This document shows positions 39,680-48,230 of a stretch of 64,000 bases of DNA, one piece after another; position 1 is the first letter of the stretch, and every line of letters starts with the position of its first letter. Below the pieces are notes generated by a model that had not been told where the DNA came from, made no database searches, and saw only the letters and a list, made by a program, of their open reading frames with translations. Source of the stretch: an uncultured bacterium (GTDB lineage Bacteria; Acidobacteriota; HRBIN11; JAKEFK01). A program made the position numbers and the translations under genes. The stretch covers positions 64,001 to 128,000 of the forward strand of contig CAVZQN010000001.1 of the NCBI GenBank assembly GCA_963777505.1, in the 5' to 3' direction.

Positions 39680-40375
39680 ATGATGATTTCCTTTATCATT
39701 CCTGCCTACAATGAGGAACAGCTCATTGCTTCCGTGTTACAACAACTGAATAAAGTTGTGAGGGATGTTGGAGAGCCATACGAAATCATTGTGGTAGATG
39801 ACGCTTCATCGGACCAGACTGCATTCATTGCGAAACGTGAAGGTGCACAGGTGGTTTCGGTAAAGCACAGGCATATTGCGGCAACACGAAATTCTGGCAG
39901 CCGAGCTGCTAAGGGCGATCTGTTGATTTTCATTGATGCCGATACCTGGGTAACCCAAGAAGTAATTCAAAGCGCATGCAATGCCGTTAGAAATGGTGCG
40001 GTTGGTGGAGGCTCAGCGGTACAATTTGATGAGCCTATCCCCTTTTATGCGCGCGTGGTGCTTCCGCTTCTGCTTTTTATTTTCAGAACGACAAAACTCG
40101 CTACTGGATGTTTTATTTATTGCACGCGAGCGGCTTTCGAAAACGCTGGAGGCTTTAACGAAAAAATGTACGGAGCAGAAGAGATAGCAATGAGTCGCGC
40201 ACTGAAACGTCAAGGGAAATTCGTTATCTTGCGCGAACGTGTGACTACCTCTGGACGAAAACTTCGCGCACATTCCGGCTTGGAATTATTGCATGCAACG
40301 TTCCGTCTCGCACTGCGTGGACCAAAAGCAGTACGGAGCCGTGAAGGGTTGGAATTGTGGTACAAAGAACGATAA
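39680..40375 (+). CDS. Glycosyltransferase family 2
   Basis: ISFIIPAYNEE, IVVDDASSDQT, FIDAD, GGFNE, TSGRK. Confidence 0.92.
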   Translation: MMISFIIPAYNEEQLIASVLQQLNKVVRDVGEPYEIIVVDDASSDQTAFIAKREGAQVVSVKHRHIAATRNSGSRAAKGDLLIFIDADTWVTQEVIQSACNAVRNGAVGGGSAVQFDEPIPFYARVVLPLLLFIFRTTKLATGCFIYCTRAAFENAGGFNEKMYGAEEIAMSRALKRQGKFVILRERVTTSGRKLRAHSGLELLHATFRLALRGPKAVRSREGLELWYKER

Positions 40376-40468
40376 ATTTGTGATTCTTTGTGTCTTAGAG
40401 ACTTCGTGTTGAAAGTGCCATCGAGTTTTACTTTAACTCTATTTAAGGAAACTATATGGAAGGCTAAG

Positions 40469-41209
40469 ATGAGTCAGGAAAATTTGAGTCGACGCAGTTT
40501 TCTGCAGATGGGTGGCATCGCTGGAACCATATTATTTGTAGGAGGATCGATGGACGCAACTGAAACTCAAATTCCAGCAGTCGAAGCGGTAGATCATTTA
40601 CTACTTGCAATCAATGATCTGGATCATGGAATTGAATGGGCAGAAAAATCTTTGGGAGTGAAAGCGATCATAGGAGGGAGTCATCCAGGAGGCGGTACCA
40701 GAAATGCTCTTCTTTCATTGGGTGGCAAACGATATCTTGAAATCATTGCTCCTGATCCTGCACAAAAAACATATACATTTCCAATTGATGTTCGAACGAT
40801 CACACAACCACAATTGGTGATGTGGGCTGCAGGCGCTGCCAATATTCAATCTCAGACTGAGAAAGCCAAAAAAGCGGGCGTTCAGATGATGGGACCCTTT
40901 GATGGCTCACGCGCACGGCCAGATGGAAAAATTTTGAAATGGAAAACATCATTTGTTCAACATTACTTTCGCAGTGGCAATGTTGATCCGATTCCATTCT
41001 TCATTGAATGGGCAAAAGATTCAGTTCATCCATCACAAGATTCACCGCAACGATGCACCTTAACATCGTTTGAAATTGAGCATCCACAAGCGGACAAAGT
41101 TCGCGAAGCGTTGAAGGGTCTCGGATTAGATGTAATAGTCAATCAATCGGATGCTCCAAAACTCATTGCAACAATCAAAACCCCGAACGGGGAGGTAAAG
41201 CTTTCCTAG
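40469..41209 (+). CDS. VOC/glyoxalase-like protein with Tat signal
   Basis: SRRSFLQ Tat motif; VDHLLL, GGSHPGGGTRNALL, YLEIIAPDP, PFFIEW. Confidence 0.88.
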   Translation: MSQENLSRRSFLQMGGIAGTILFVGGSMDATETQIPAVEAVDHLLLAINDLDHGIEWAEKSLGVKAIIGGSHPGGGTRNALLSLGGKRYLEIIAPDPAQKTYTFPIDVRTITQPQLVMWAAGAANIQSQTEKAKKAGVQMMGPFDGSRARPDGKILKWKTSFVQHYFRSGNVDPIPFFIEWAKDSVHPSQDSPQRCTLTSFEIEHPQADKVREALKGLGLDVIVNQSDAPKLIATIKTPNGEVKLS

Positions 41210-41284
41210 AGCAGTCGAGCAGTCGACAGTTAATGCAGTATATTAAGTCCCCTCAAGCTACACCGAATGTAGTACTACAGAGCC

Positions 41285-41590
41285 ATGACAAAGGCTAGGA
41301 CCTTATTGTTCGGTTTGGCAACGATAGTCTGGCCGTTGCTTGTTCCGGGAGTCGCAATGCTCATTCAAATTGCATTCCCTAACTTTCGTTATGGGATCAT
41401 AGCCGGCGTTACTGTGGGCTGGTTCTGTTTTACTGCACTATTTGTTTACATCACCTTTCATGCAATGAAAAATCCAGCGCTTCCTGCTGCAAAAAAATCA
41501 CGATGGATGATGTATCTTCTTTTCTGTAACATTGTGGCCGTACCCGTGTACTGGTATCGCTATATCTGGCGGACAAAAAGTTCTCCGTGA
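41285..41590 (+). CDS. Small three-TM membrane protein
   Basis: 101 aa hydrophobic ORF; NPAL...KSRW...VPVYWY resembles PLDc_N-like hairpins. Confidence 0.65.
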   Translation: MTKARTLLFGLATIVWPLLVPGVAMLIQIAFPNFRYGIIAGVTVGWFCFTALFVYITFHAMKNPALPAAKKSRWMMYLLFCNIVAVPVYWYRYIWRTKSSP

Positions 41591-41604
41591 CCTGTGGTAA
41601 AGCG

Positions 41605-41633
41605 TTGACTTCAAAGGGTGCCTATAGTATCTT
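41605..41633 (+). promoter_or_regulatory. Candidate sigma70 promoter for nuoL-nuoM-atp
   Basis: TTGACT-N17-TATCTT about 70 nt before nuoL. Confidence 0.5.
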
Positions 41634-41702
41634 GACGCGGGAGATTTACCACGCTGCTGGCGTGGATCAACAAGCCCACAAAAAACCGTCATCTGTGAAT
41701 CT

Positions 41703-43742
41703 ATGCTTGAGTATATCTGGCTGATTCCTGTCTTACCTGCTATTGGTGCGCTGCTGAATGGATTATTTGGAAAGCGCTTACCAAAGTTTGTCATTCATTC
41801 CATTGCCTGCGGTACAGTTTTTTTAGCGTTCGTTCTTTCGATTGTCTGTGTCGCCGAACTTTCAGGAATGCAGACTCATGTTTACGAAACGACTCTCTAC
41901 AACTGGATTCCCGGCGGTTCAACAATTCTGAATAAAGGTCCGAATGCGGGCCAACGTGCTGAATTAAATATCCCCCTCGGCTTTTTATTGGATCCTCTTT
42001 CCTCAGTCATGATTCTGATCGTTACAGGGGTAGGTTTTCTTATCCATATATATTCGATCGGCTATATGGCTCATGAAGATGGTTACTACCGCTTCTTTAC
42101 ATACCTGAATTTATTCATGTTCGCTATGTTGTTGCTCGTGCTTGGAAACAACTTTCTTACGATGTTTGTAGGCTGGGAAGGTGTCGGTCTTTGTTCGTAT
42201 TTATTAATCGGATTTTATTTCGAACGTAAGTCTGCAGCCGATGCGGGCAAAAAAGCATTTATCGTAAATCGGATTGGTGATTTCGGTTTTGTTCTGGGGG
42301 TCCTTGCGATTTTTTCAGTATTTGGATCGCTTGGATTTACCGATGTGATGCAGCGTGCACCTCAAGTTTTGCATTATGGCGAATCTCTTGTGATGATGAT
42401 CACCCTTGCATTGTTTGTCGGTGCTACAGGAAAATCTGCGCAGATTCCGCTTTATGTGTGGCTTCCAGATGCGATGGAAGGCCCGACACCAGTCAGTGCA
42501 TTAATCCATGCAGCAACGATGGTGACGGCTGGCGTTTACATGATTGCACGATGCAGTCCTCTGTTTTCACTTGCTCCGGGAACGCTGCAAATTGTTGCAA
42601 CCATCGGCGCCCTCACAGCGATTTTTGCAGCTTCCATTGGCCTTGTGCAAAGAGATATTAAGCGCGTTCTTGCCTATTCAACCGTAAGCCAGCTTGGATT
42701 TATGTTTCTTGCGATGGGGGTCGGAGCTTACGCTGTCGGAATTTTCCATTTGATGACTCATGCATTTTTCAAAGCACTGCTCTTTCTTGGAGCCGGCAGC
42801 GTCATTCACGCGATGAGCGGCGAACAAGATCTGATGAAAATGGGTTCCTTAAAAAATCACATTCCAACAACATTCAAGACAATGTTGGTTGGCGCTATAG
42901 CCATTGCAGGAATCCCTCCCCTGGCAGGATTTTTCAGCAAAGACGAAATTCTGTGGCTTTCGTTTCAGAAAAATTGGGTATTCTGGCTTATTGGAATTAC
43001 TGCCGCAACGATGACTGCGTTTTATATGTTCCGTCTAATCTTTCTTGCTTTTTATGGAAAGCCGCGAATGGATCATCACACACAAGAGCACATCCACGAA
43101 TCACCACGATCGATGACAATTCCGCTGATCATTCTTGCATTCCTTTCCATCATCGGTGGTTGGGTTGGAATTCCGAAAGCATTACACATCCCGAGTATTC
43201 CTTTTGATTTCTATCACTGGCTTGAACCCGTTACGGGATCACCGCATGCTGCGGGTGCTGCGCATGATTCTGCAACAATGGAATATCTGTTGATGATTTC
43301 ATCTGTAGCCGTTGCAGGTGCAGGTATCTGGCTTGCGTATCGAATGTATATACAGAAACCTGAAGTAACACAATTTATGGCTGCAAGTTTTCCACGGCTC
43401 CATAATCTGTTGTACAACAAGTATTACATTGATGAAATCTATAATGCTGTAATCATTCAGCCAATCAAAAAGCTTTGCCTTGCGCTATCATGGTTTGACC
43501 TGAACTTCATTGATGGAATTGTGAATGGAAGCGCATTTGTAACTTTGAAAACCGCAATCGTCGCAGTTTGGGTTGACATTAATGTTGTCGATTTGCTTGT
43601 GAACCTTGCTGGAGCCATTGTAAGTTTCGTCGGTGGTTTGCTGCGCCGTATCCAAACAGGGCTTGTACAAAATTATGGACTGATCAGCCTTTATATGTTT
43701 TTTATTCTGCTGGCGGTCTATCTCGTTTTTTATACTAAATAG
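41703..43742 (+). CDS. nuoL: NADH-quinone oxidoreductase subunit L
   Basis: GWEGVGLCSYLLIGF, NRIGD, GKSAQIPLYVWLPDAMEGPTPVSALIHAATMV, AYSTVSQLG, THAFFKA, GFFSKD. Confidence 0.96.
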   Translation: MLEYIWLIPVLPAIGALLNGLFGKRLPKFVIHSIACGTVFLAFVLSIVCVAELSGMQTHVYETTLYNWIPGGSTILNKGPNAGQRAELNIPLGFLLDPLSSVMILIVTGVGFLIHIYSIGYMAHEDGYYRFFTYLNLFMFAMLLLVLGNNFLTMFVGWEGVGLCSYLLIGFYFERKSAADAGKKAFIVNRIGDFGFVLGVLAIFSVFGSLGFTDVMQRAPQVLHYGESLVMMITLALFVGATGKSAQIPLYVWLPDAMEGPTPVSALIHAATMVTAGVYMIARCSPLFSLAPGTLQIVATIGALTAIFAASIGLVQRDIKRVLAYSTVSQLGFMFLAMGVGAYAVGIFHLMTHAFFKALLFLGAGSVIHAMSGEQDLMKMGSLKNHIPTTFKTMLVGAIAIAGIPPLAGFFSKDEILWLSFQKNWVFWLIGITAATMTAFYMFRLIFLAFYGKPRMDHHTQEHIHESPRSMTIPLIILAFLSIIGGWVGIPKALHIPSIPFDFYHWLEPVTGSPHAAGAAHDSATMEYLLMISSVAVAGAGIWLAYRMYIQKPEVTQFMAASFPRLHNLLYNKYYIDEIYNAVIIQPIKKLCLALSWFDLNFIDGIVNGSAFVTLKTAIVAVWVDINVVDLLVNLAGAIVSFVGGLLRRIQTGLVQNYGLISLYMFFILLAVYLVFYTK

Positions 43743-43753
43743 GAGTCGAAGAA

Positions 43754-45292
43754 ATGCCTGAAAGTTATCAATTCAGCAACGTTCTGAACTTTCCGATCCT
43801 GTCGCTGATCACTTTCCTGCCGCTTGCAGGTGCGATCATCATTATCTTTTTCTTGTCAAAAGATGGGTTGATCAAGTGGTTTGCAAACATCGTTGCTTTC
43901 GCAGACATGGCACTTTCCTTCGTTTTAATTCCTTATTTTGAATCCGGCACATTAACGATGCAGTTTTCCGAACGTTATAAATGGATTCCACAGCTTGGAG
44001 TCGAATATTTGGTAGGAATTGATGGGATTAGTTATCTGCTGCTTTTGTTGACAACGATTCTTGGATTTATTGCAATCCTTTCTTCGTGGAGCGCGATCAC
44101 CACACGGGTCAAAGAGTATTACATATTCATGTTGATCTTGCAGACAGGAATGATGGGCGTTTTTGTCGCGCTTGATTTTGTACTGTTTTACATTTTCTGG
44201 GAAGTCATGCTTGTGCCGATGTATTTCTTAATCGGCGTTTGGGGCGGACCACGAAAACTTTATGCTGCCATCAAATTCTTCCTATATACATTCCTTGGCT
44301 CAGTGCTAATGCTGTTAGGTATCCTTACGCTTTATTTTTATAACCAGAGTGTTACCGGAACCTATACGTTCAACATCCTTGAACTGATGAAAATCGGATT
44401 ACCCGGTCATATTCAATATTGGGTTTTCCTTGCGTTCTTTGTCGGGTTTGCGATCAAAGTTCCGATGTTTCCATTTCATACGTGGCTCCCGGATGCTCAC
44501 GTTGAAGCTCCAACAGCAGGGTCGGTCATTCTGGCTGGTGTTTTGTTGAAAATGGGAACGTATGGATTTGTTCGTTTTGCACTCCCCTTCTTTCCTGAAG
44601 CGACGGTCCAATTGCTCCCATGGATGCTAGCACTTTCAGTCATTGGAATTATTTACGGAGCGTTGGTTGCAATGATGCAGCCGGATATGAAAAAGCTGAT
44701 TGCGTATTCCAGTGTGAGCCATCTTGGTTTCTGTATGCTGGGAGTCTTTGTTTTAAACGAGCCGGGCATCAACGGCGCAGTGATGCAAATGCTAAATCAT
44801 GGGATCAGCACAGGAGCGCTTTTCTTGATCGTTGGTTTGATTTATGAACGCCGGCATACACGAATGATCAAAGATCTCAGTGGTCTAAGTTCACGAATGC
44901 CTGTTTATGCAGCGATCTATGCAATTATCACGATGTCTTCGATCGGCTTGCCTGGCTTAAATGGTTTTATTGGTGAATTCCTTGTGCTGCAAGGAACATG
45001 GTTACATCCGGAATATTGGTGGCTTGCATTTTTCGCAGCTACCGGAATGGTGTTGGGCGCTGCATACATGTTGTGGTTATATCAGCGCGTAATGTTTGGA
45101 AAAGCAGAAGGCGAAAATGCGGAAGTCATGGACCTGAATTTCCGCGAGAAAGCAACTCTACTTCCTCTCGTCGCATTGGCATTCTGGATTGGAATTTATC
45201 CGGCTCCATTTTTGAAAATTATCGAAAAGCCAGTGAAGTTCATCGTCCAGCATTACGAAGAATCAAATAAACAATACCTGGCCGAGAGATAA
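43754..45292 (+). CDS. nuoM: NADH-quinone oxidoreductase subunit M
   Basis: GIDGIS, FWEVMLVPMY, IKVPMFPFHTWLPDAHVEAP, LLKMGTYG, AYSSVSH, GFIGEF. Confidence 0.96.
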   Translation: MPESYQFSNVLNFPILSLITFLPLAGAIIIIFFLSKDGLIKWFANIVAFADMALSFVLIPYFESGTLTMQFSERYKWIPQLGVEYLVGIDGISYLLLLLTTILGFIAILSSWSAITTRVKEYYIFMLILQTGMMGVFVALDFVLFYIFWEVMLVPMYFLIGVWGGPRKLYAAIKFFLYTFLGSVLMLLGILTLYFYNQSVTGTYTFNILELMKIGLPGHIQYWVFLAFFVGFAIKVPMFPFHTWLPDAHVEAPTAGSVILAGVLLKMGTYGFVRFALPFFPEATVQLLPWMLALSVIGIIYGALVAMMQPDMKKLIAYSSVSHLGFCMLGVFVLNEPGINGAVMQMLNHGISTGALFLIVGLIYERRHTRMIKDLSGLSSRMPVYAAIYAIITMSSIGLPGLNGFIGEFLVLQGTWLHPEYWWLAFFAATGMVLGAAYMLWLYQRVMFGKAEGENAEVMDLNFREKATLLPLVALAFWIGIYPAPFLKIIEKPVKFIVQHYEESNKQYLAER

Positions 45293-45317
45293 CTTACCGC
45301 AAAGGCTCAAGTGAAAT

Positions 45318-45557
45318 ATGTGGAAGGTTGATGCGCGCTGGCTTCGTGATTATGCTGACTACTTTTACATGGGGTTAATGTTTCCATCCTGCATTGCAGT
45401 TGGAGCCGCAATGGGGTGGGTAGTCGATCACTTTCTTTCCACTGATCCTTGGGGTAAACTCGCAGGCTTCCTTTTCGGAGTGGTTGCAGGATTTGTAAAC
45501 TTTATTCGCGATTATCAGAAGCTACAACGAAAGAAAAATGAACCCAAGAAATATTAA
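45318..45557 (+). CDS. AtpZ/AtpI-family small membrane protein
   Basis: GxxxGxxxDxxxxTxPW two-TM pattern; precedes atpB. Confidence 0.8.
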   Translation: MWKVDARWLRDYADYFYMGLMFPSCIAVGAAMGWVVDHFLSTDPWGKLAGFLFGVVAGFVNFIRDYQKLQRKKNEPKKY

Positions 45558-45903
45558 GAAACTGGCTATCATTCTTCCAACACTGGCGCTGGCCGTTCTG
45601 GTAGTTCAACGAAATTATGATTGGATCTTCGGTTTGATGATCGGCTCTGCTCTTGCATTCTCATCTTGCGAACTGATTCAGAAGGCAGTTGCAAATAGTT
45701 TTGTCCGGAAATCAACGAGGTCTGGAACTTTCTTTTTGATTGGATTTTTCTTCCGGTTTGTTTTCTTTGCAATTTTGCTTTATTTTGCGATCGTGTATTT
45801 CAAAATAAATCCTATTGCAATTGCTGTCAGTTTCAGCATAATACAAATCTTCTATCCTCTTTATCTTGTGAAATCATTGGAGAAACGGAATCAGCATGTT
45901 TGA
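45538..45903 (+). CDS. atpI: ATP synthase subunit I
   Basis: Four TM helices, FFRF motif, overlaps neighbours on both sides. Confidence 0.75.
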   Translation: MNPRNIKKLAIILPTLALAVLVVQRNYDWIFGLMIGSALAFSSCELIQKAVANSFVRKSTRSGTFFLIGFFFRFVFFAILLYFAIVYFKINPIAIAVSFSIIQIFYPLYLVKSLEKRNQHV

Positions 45904-46660
45904 ACATAAGATACCTTATATCGAGTGGTTGACAGCTAAGTTTTATGCGATCACTGAGAGCTTGGGGTTGCATCTTCCCCATAAACCTCTGGACCATGTC
46001 TGGATGGTGCTGTTTATAGTGGTGTTTTATGCAATTTTCTTCACCCTCTATAAGAAGAAGCTCAATATTTATCCGACTTTTATCCAGCAACTACTTGAAG
46101 CCTATTTCAGCTTCATTGAGGGCTTAACGAAAGACATTATCGGACCTCAAGGAAAACGTTATATCCCCCTTCTTGGTACGCTTGGGTTGTTCATTTTGAC
46201 AGGAAATTTGCTGGGATTGATTCCAATTTTCAAATCTCCGACAGCAAATATCAGTGTCACGTTTGCATGTGCAATAACAGTTTTTGTTTATTATCATGCT
46301 CAAGGAATTCGAGAACAAGGTGTGCTGAATTACTTGAAACACTTCGCAGGTCCTGTACCCTGGCTTGCGATCATTTTTGTTCCGATCGAGATCATCAGTC
46401 ACTTTGCGCGGCCCCTTTCATTATCACTACGATTGTTTGGAAATATCTTTGGTGAAGATACAATCATTTTGATCTTGTTTGGACTTTTTCCATTATTTGT
46501 ACCATTGCCGATGATGTGTCTTGCAGTTTTTACAAGTTTGATTCAAACTCTTGTGTTCTTGATGCTTTCTTCCGTGTATATTGCGGGTGCAATCGCGCAC
46601 GAGCATGCGCATGAAGAGCATGAGGATCATGGCGCGGAAATGGTTCCAGCGCCCGCTTAA
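45896..46660 (+). CDS. atpB: F0F1 ATP synthase subunit a
   Basis: NLLGLIP, SPTAN, RPLSLSLRLFGNI, IQTLVFLMLSSVYI; His-rich tail. Confidence 0.96.
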   Translation: MFEHKIPYIEWLTAKFYAITESLGLHLPHKPLDHVWMVLFIVVFYAIFFTLYKKKLNIYPTFIQQLLEAYFSFIEGLTKDIIGPQGKRYIPLLGTLGLFILTGNLLGLIPIFKSPTANISVTFACAITVFVYYHAQGIREQGVLNYLKHFAGPVPWLAIIFVPIEIISHFARPLSLSLRLFGNIFGEDTIILILFGLFPLFVPLPMMCLAVFTSLIQTLVFLMLSSVYIAGAIAHEHAHEEHEDHGAEMVPAPA

Positions 46661-46709
46661 ATCTGAATCTAATATCTGAAATCTGAAATCCATATTTGGG
46701 GGTTTACAA

Positions 46710-47033
46710 GTGGCAAAGAAGATCCTGCTTCTATTTTTTATGTTTTCGCTCTTCGCATTAGTTCAGCCGGCTATGGCTCAAGGTACGGCAACGGATACCG
46801 TATCCATTAATAAATGGATTGCGATAGCCTGCGCATTCGGTCTTGGCCTTGCGTCGGCTGCCTGTGGTATTGCTCAGAGCATCGCGATCCGTGCCGCAGT
46901 AGATGGCATTGCAAGAAATCCAGGCGCGGCAGATAACATCCGTGGCGCTTTGATCATTGGTCTCGCACTGATTGAATCATTGGTCATCTACGTTCTTTTG
47001 ATCGCCTTTATGCTTTATTTCAAATGGGCATAA
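46710..47033 (+). CDS. atpE: F0F1 ATP synthase subunit c with signal-peptide-like extension
   Basis: GIARNPG loop, LALIESLVIY with catalytic Glu; N-terminus MAKKILLLFFMFSLFALVQPAMA. Confidence 0.95.
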   Translation: MAKKILLLFFMFSLFALVQPAMAQGTATDTVSINKWIAIACAFGLGLASAACGIAQSIAIRAAVDGIARNPGAADNIRGALIIGLALIESLVIYVLLIAFMLYFKWA

Positions 47034-47047
47034 GCTAATTTTTTTCA

Positions 47048-47075
47048 GGGGGGCCGTTTCATGCGGCCCCTTTTT
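47048..47075 (+). terminator. Rho-independent terminator after atpE
   Basis: GGGGCCG-N7-CGGCCCC followed by TTTTT. Confidence 0.85.
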
Positions 47076-47268
47076 GTTTAGCAAGGAGAAGTCTTCAAAA
47101 TTATTTCAACATCTGCAAGAAAAAGGAATTTCGGAACAAGACTTGAATCGGATAAAATCACCTGCCGGCTTGGAACTCGGAGCACTTTATTTTGCTGCCT
47201 TCACTGGAAAGAAACTTTCGAAAAATCTCCAGCTCAATATGCTTGATATGAATTACAAGGATCCCTAG
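47074..47268 (+). pseudogene. Probable XdhC C-terminal remnant
   Basis: LFQHLQEKGISEQDLNRIKSPAGLELGA matches the XdhC Rossmann tail (LxxxG...LxRIxxPxGLxLGA); no RBS, begins inside the terminator. Confidence 0.55.
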
Positions 47269-47286
47269 CTCTCCAATCGTAAAAAT

Positions 47287-47661
47287 GTGAAAACAAAAAA
47301 GACTCTACCAAATGATATTGACCAGTACATTGCTGGGTTTCCAAAGAATGTTCAGGAAATTCTGGAAAAGATTAGAATCACGATCCGGAAAGCTGCGCCT
47401 GAAGCCGGAGAAAAAATCAGTTATCAAGTACCAACGTTTACTCTCAGTGGTAATCTGGTTCATTTTGCTGCTTTCAAAAATCATATTGGGTTCTATCCAG
47501 GGCCTTCAGGAATTAGAAAATTCAAGAAAGAGTTATCGGCCTACAAAGGAGCTAAGGGTTCCGTGCAATTTCCACTGGATCAAAAAATTCCGTTCAATTT
47601 GATCACCCAAATTGTAAAGTTCAGGGTAAAAGAGAATCTCGACCGATCTGCTGCTAAATAG
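47287..47661 (+). CDS. DUF1801 (YdhG-like) protein
   Basis: IDQYIAGFP, EKISYQVPTF, HFAAFKNHIGFYP, KGSVQFPLD. Confidence 0.9.
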   Translation: MKTKKTLPNDIDQYIAGFPKNVQEILEKIRITIRKAAPEAGEKISYQVPTFTLSGNLVHFAAFKNHIGFYPGPSGIRKFKKELSAYKGAKGSVQFPLDQKIPFNLITQIVKFRVKENLDRSAAK

Positions 47662-47699
47662 AAGAAAGGAGAATGAGACCTGGTTATTTTTTTAGAAGC

Positions 47700-48224
47700 T
47701 CACTTCTGGATCGGAAGTTTATGAAATTCTCCTTGGACAGTGAGCTTTTGCGATGCATCAAAACCGGCTTGGGCAGTAAATTGAAAATTGCCGGAGAACT
47801 CCGGCCCAGCTGAAGTTAAGTTCAGTGTTCCTTCGGCTTTCAAGCAAACGATTTCCGGGCTGCTGAATGTGGCACCTGCGCCCGTAACTTTTCCGGTGCC
47901 ATCAAAAATCTCTTCATATGCGCCCAACTTATGTGTGCCTGCTTGAGTTTTTGCCGGCAACATAATCAACACTGAAGTTACCGGCGTATCCCCTTCCTGC
48001 GGTTTGATGAGTTGAATCCCCCAATCTCCGCCAGGAGATCGAAATACATGCGCTTTTCCTGAAAATTTCAAATGAACATGACCGGATACTTCCGCAGAAA
48101 ATGTACCGGGCTGAAGTGAAACTTTTGCCGCTTGTTCCGCAGCATAACACTCTAGACTCAAAGACAGCACAATTAGAGAACAGAACAAAACACTTTTCCA
48201 GTTCAAGTGAAGATCCTCAATCAA
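47700..48224 (-). CDS. Hypothetical secreted beta-rich protein
   Basis: 174 aa ORF with hydrophobic leader, 6 nt downstream of the TonB receptor stop. Confidence 0.6.
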   Translation of the reverse strand: MIEDLHLNWKSVLFCSLIVLSLSLECYAAEQAAKVSLQPGTFSAEVSGHVHLKFSGKAHVFRSPGGDWGIQLIKPQEGDTPVTSVLIMLPAKTQAGTHKLGAYEEIFDGTGKVTGAGATFSSPEIVCLKAEGTLNLTSAGPEFSGNFQFTAQAGFDASQKLTVQGEFHKLPIQK

Positions 48225-48230
48225 CCGTAG

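Noticed and set aside
45318-47033. N-ATPase operon
   Set aside because: N-ATPases have the order atpDCQRBEFAG; no F1 or b genes flank this cluster and the Na+ motif is incomplete.
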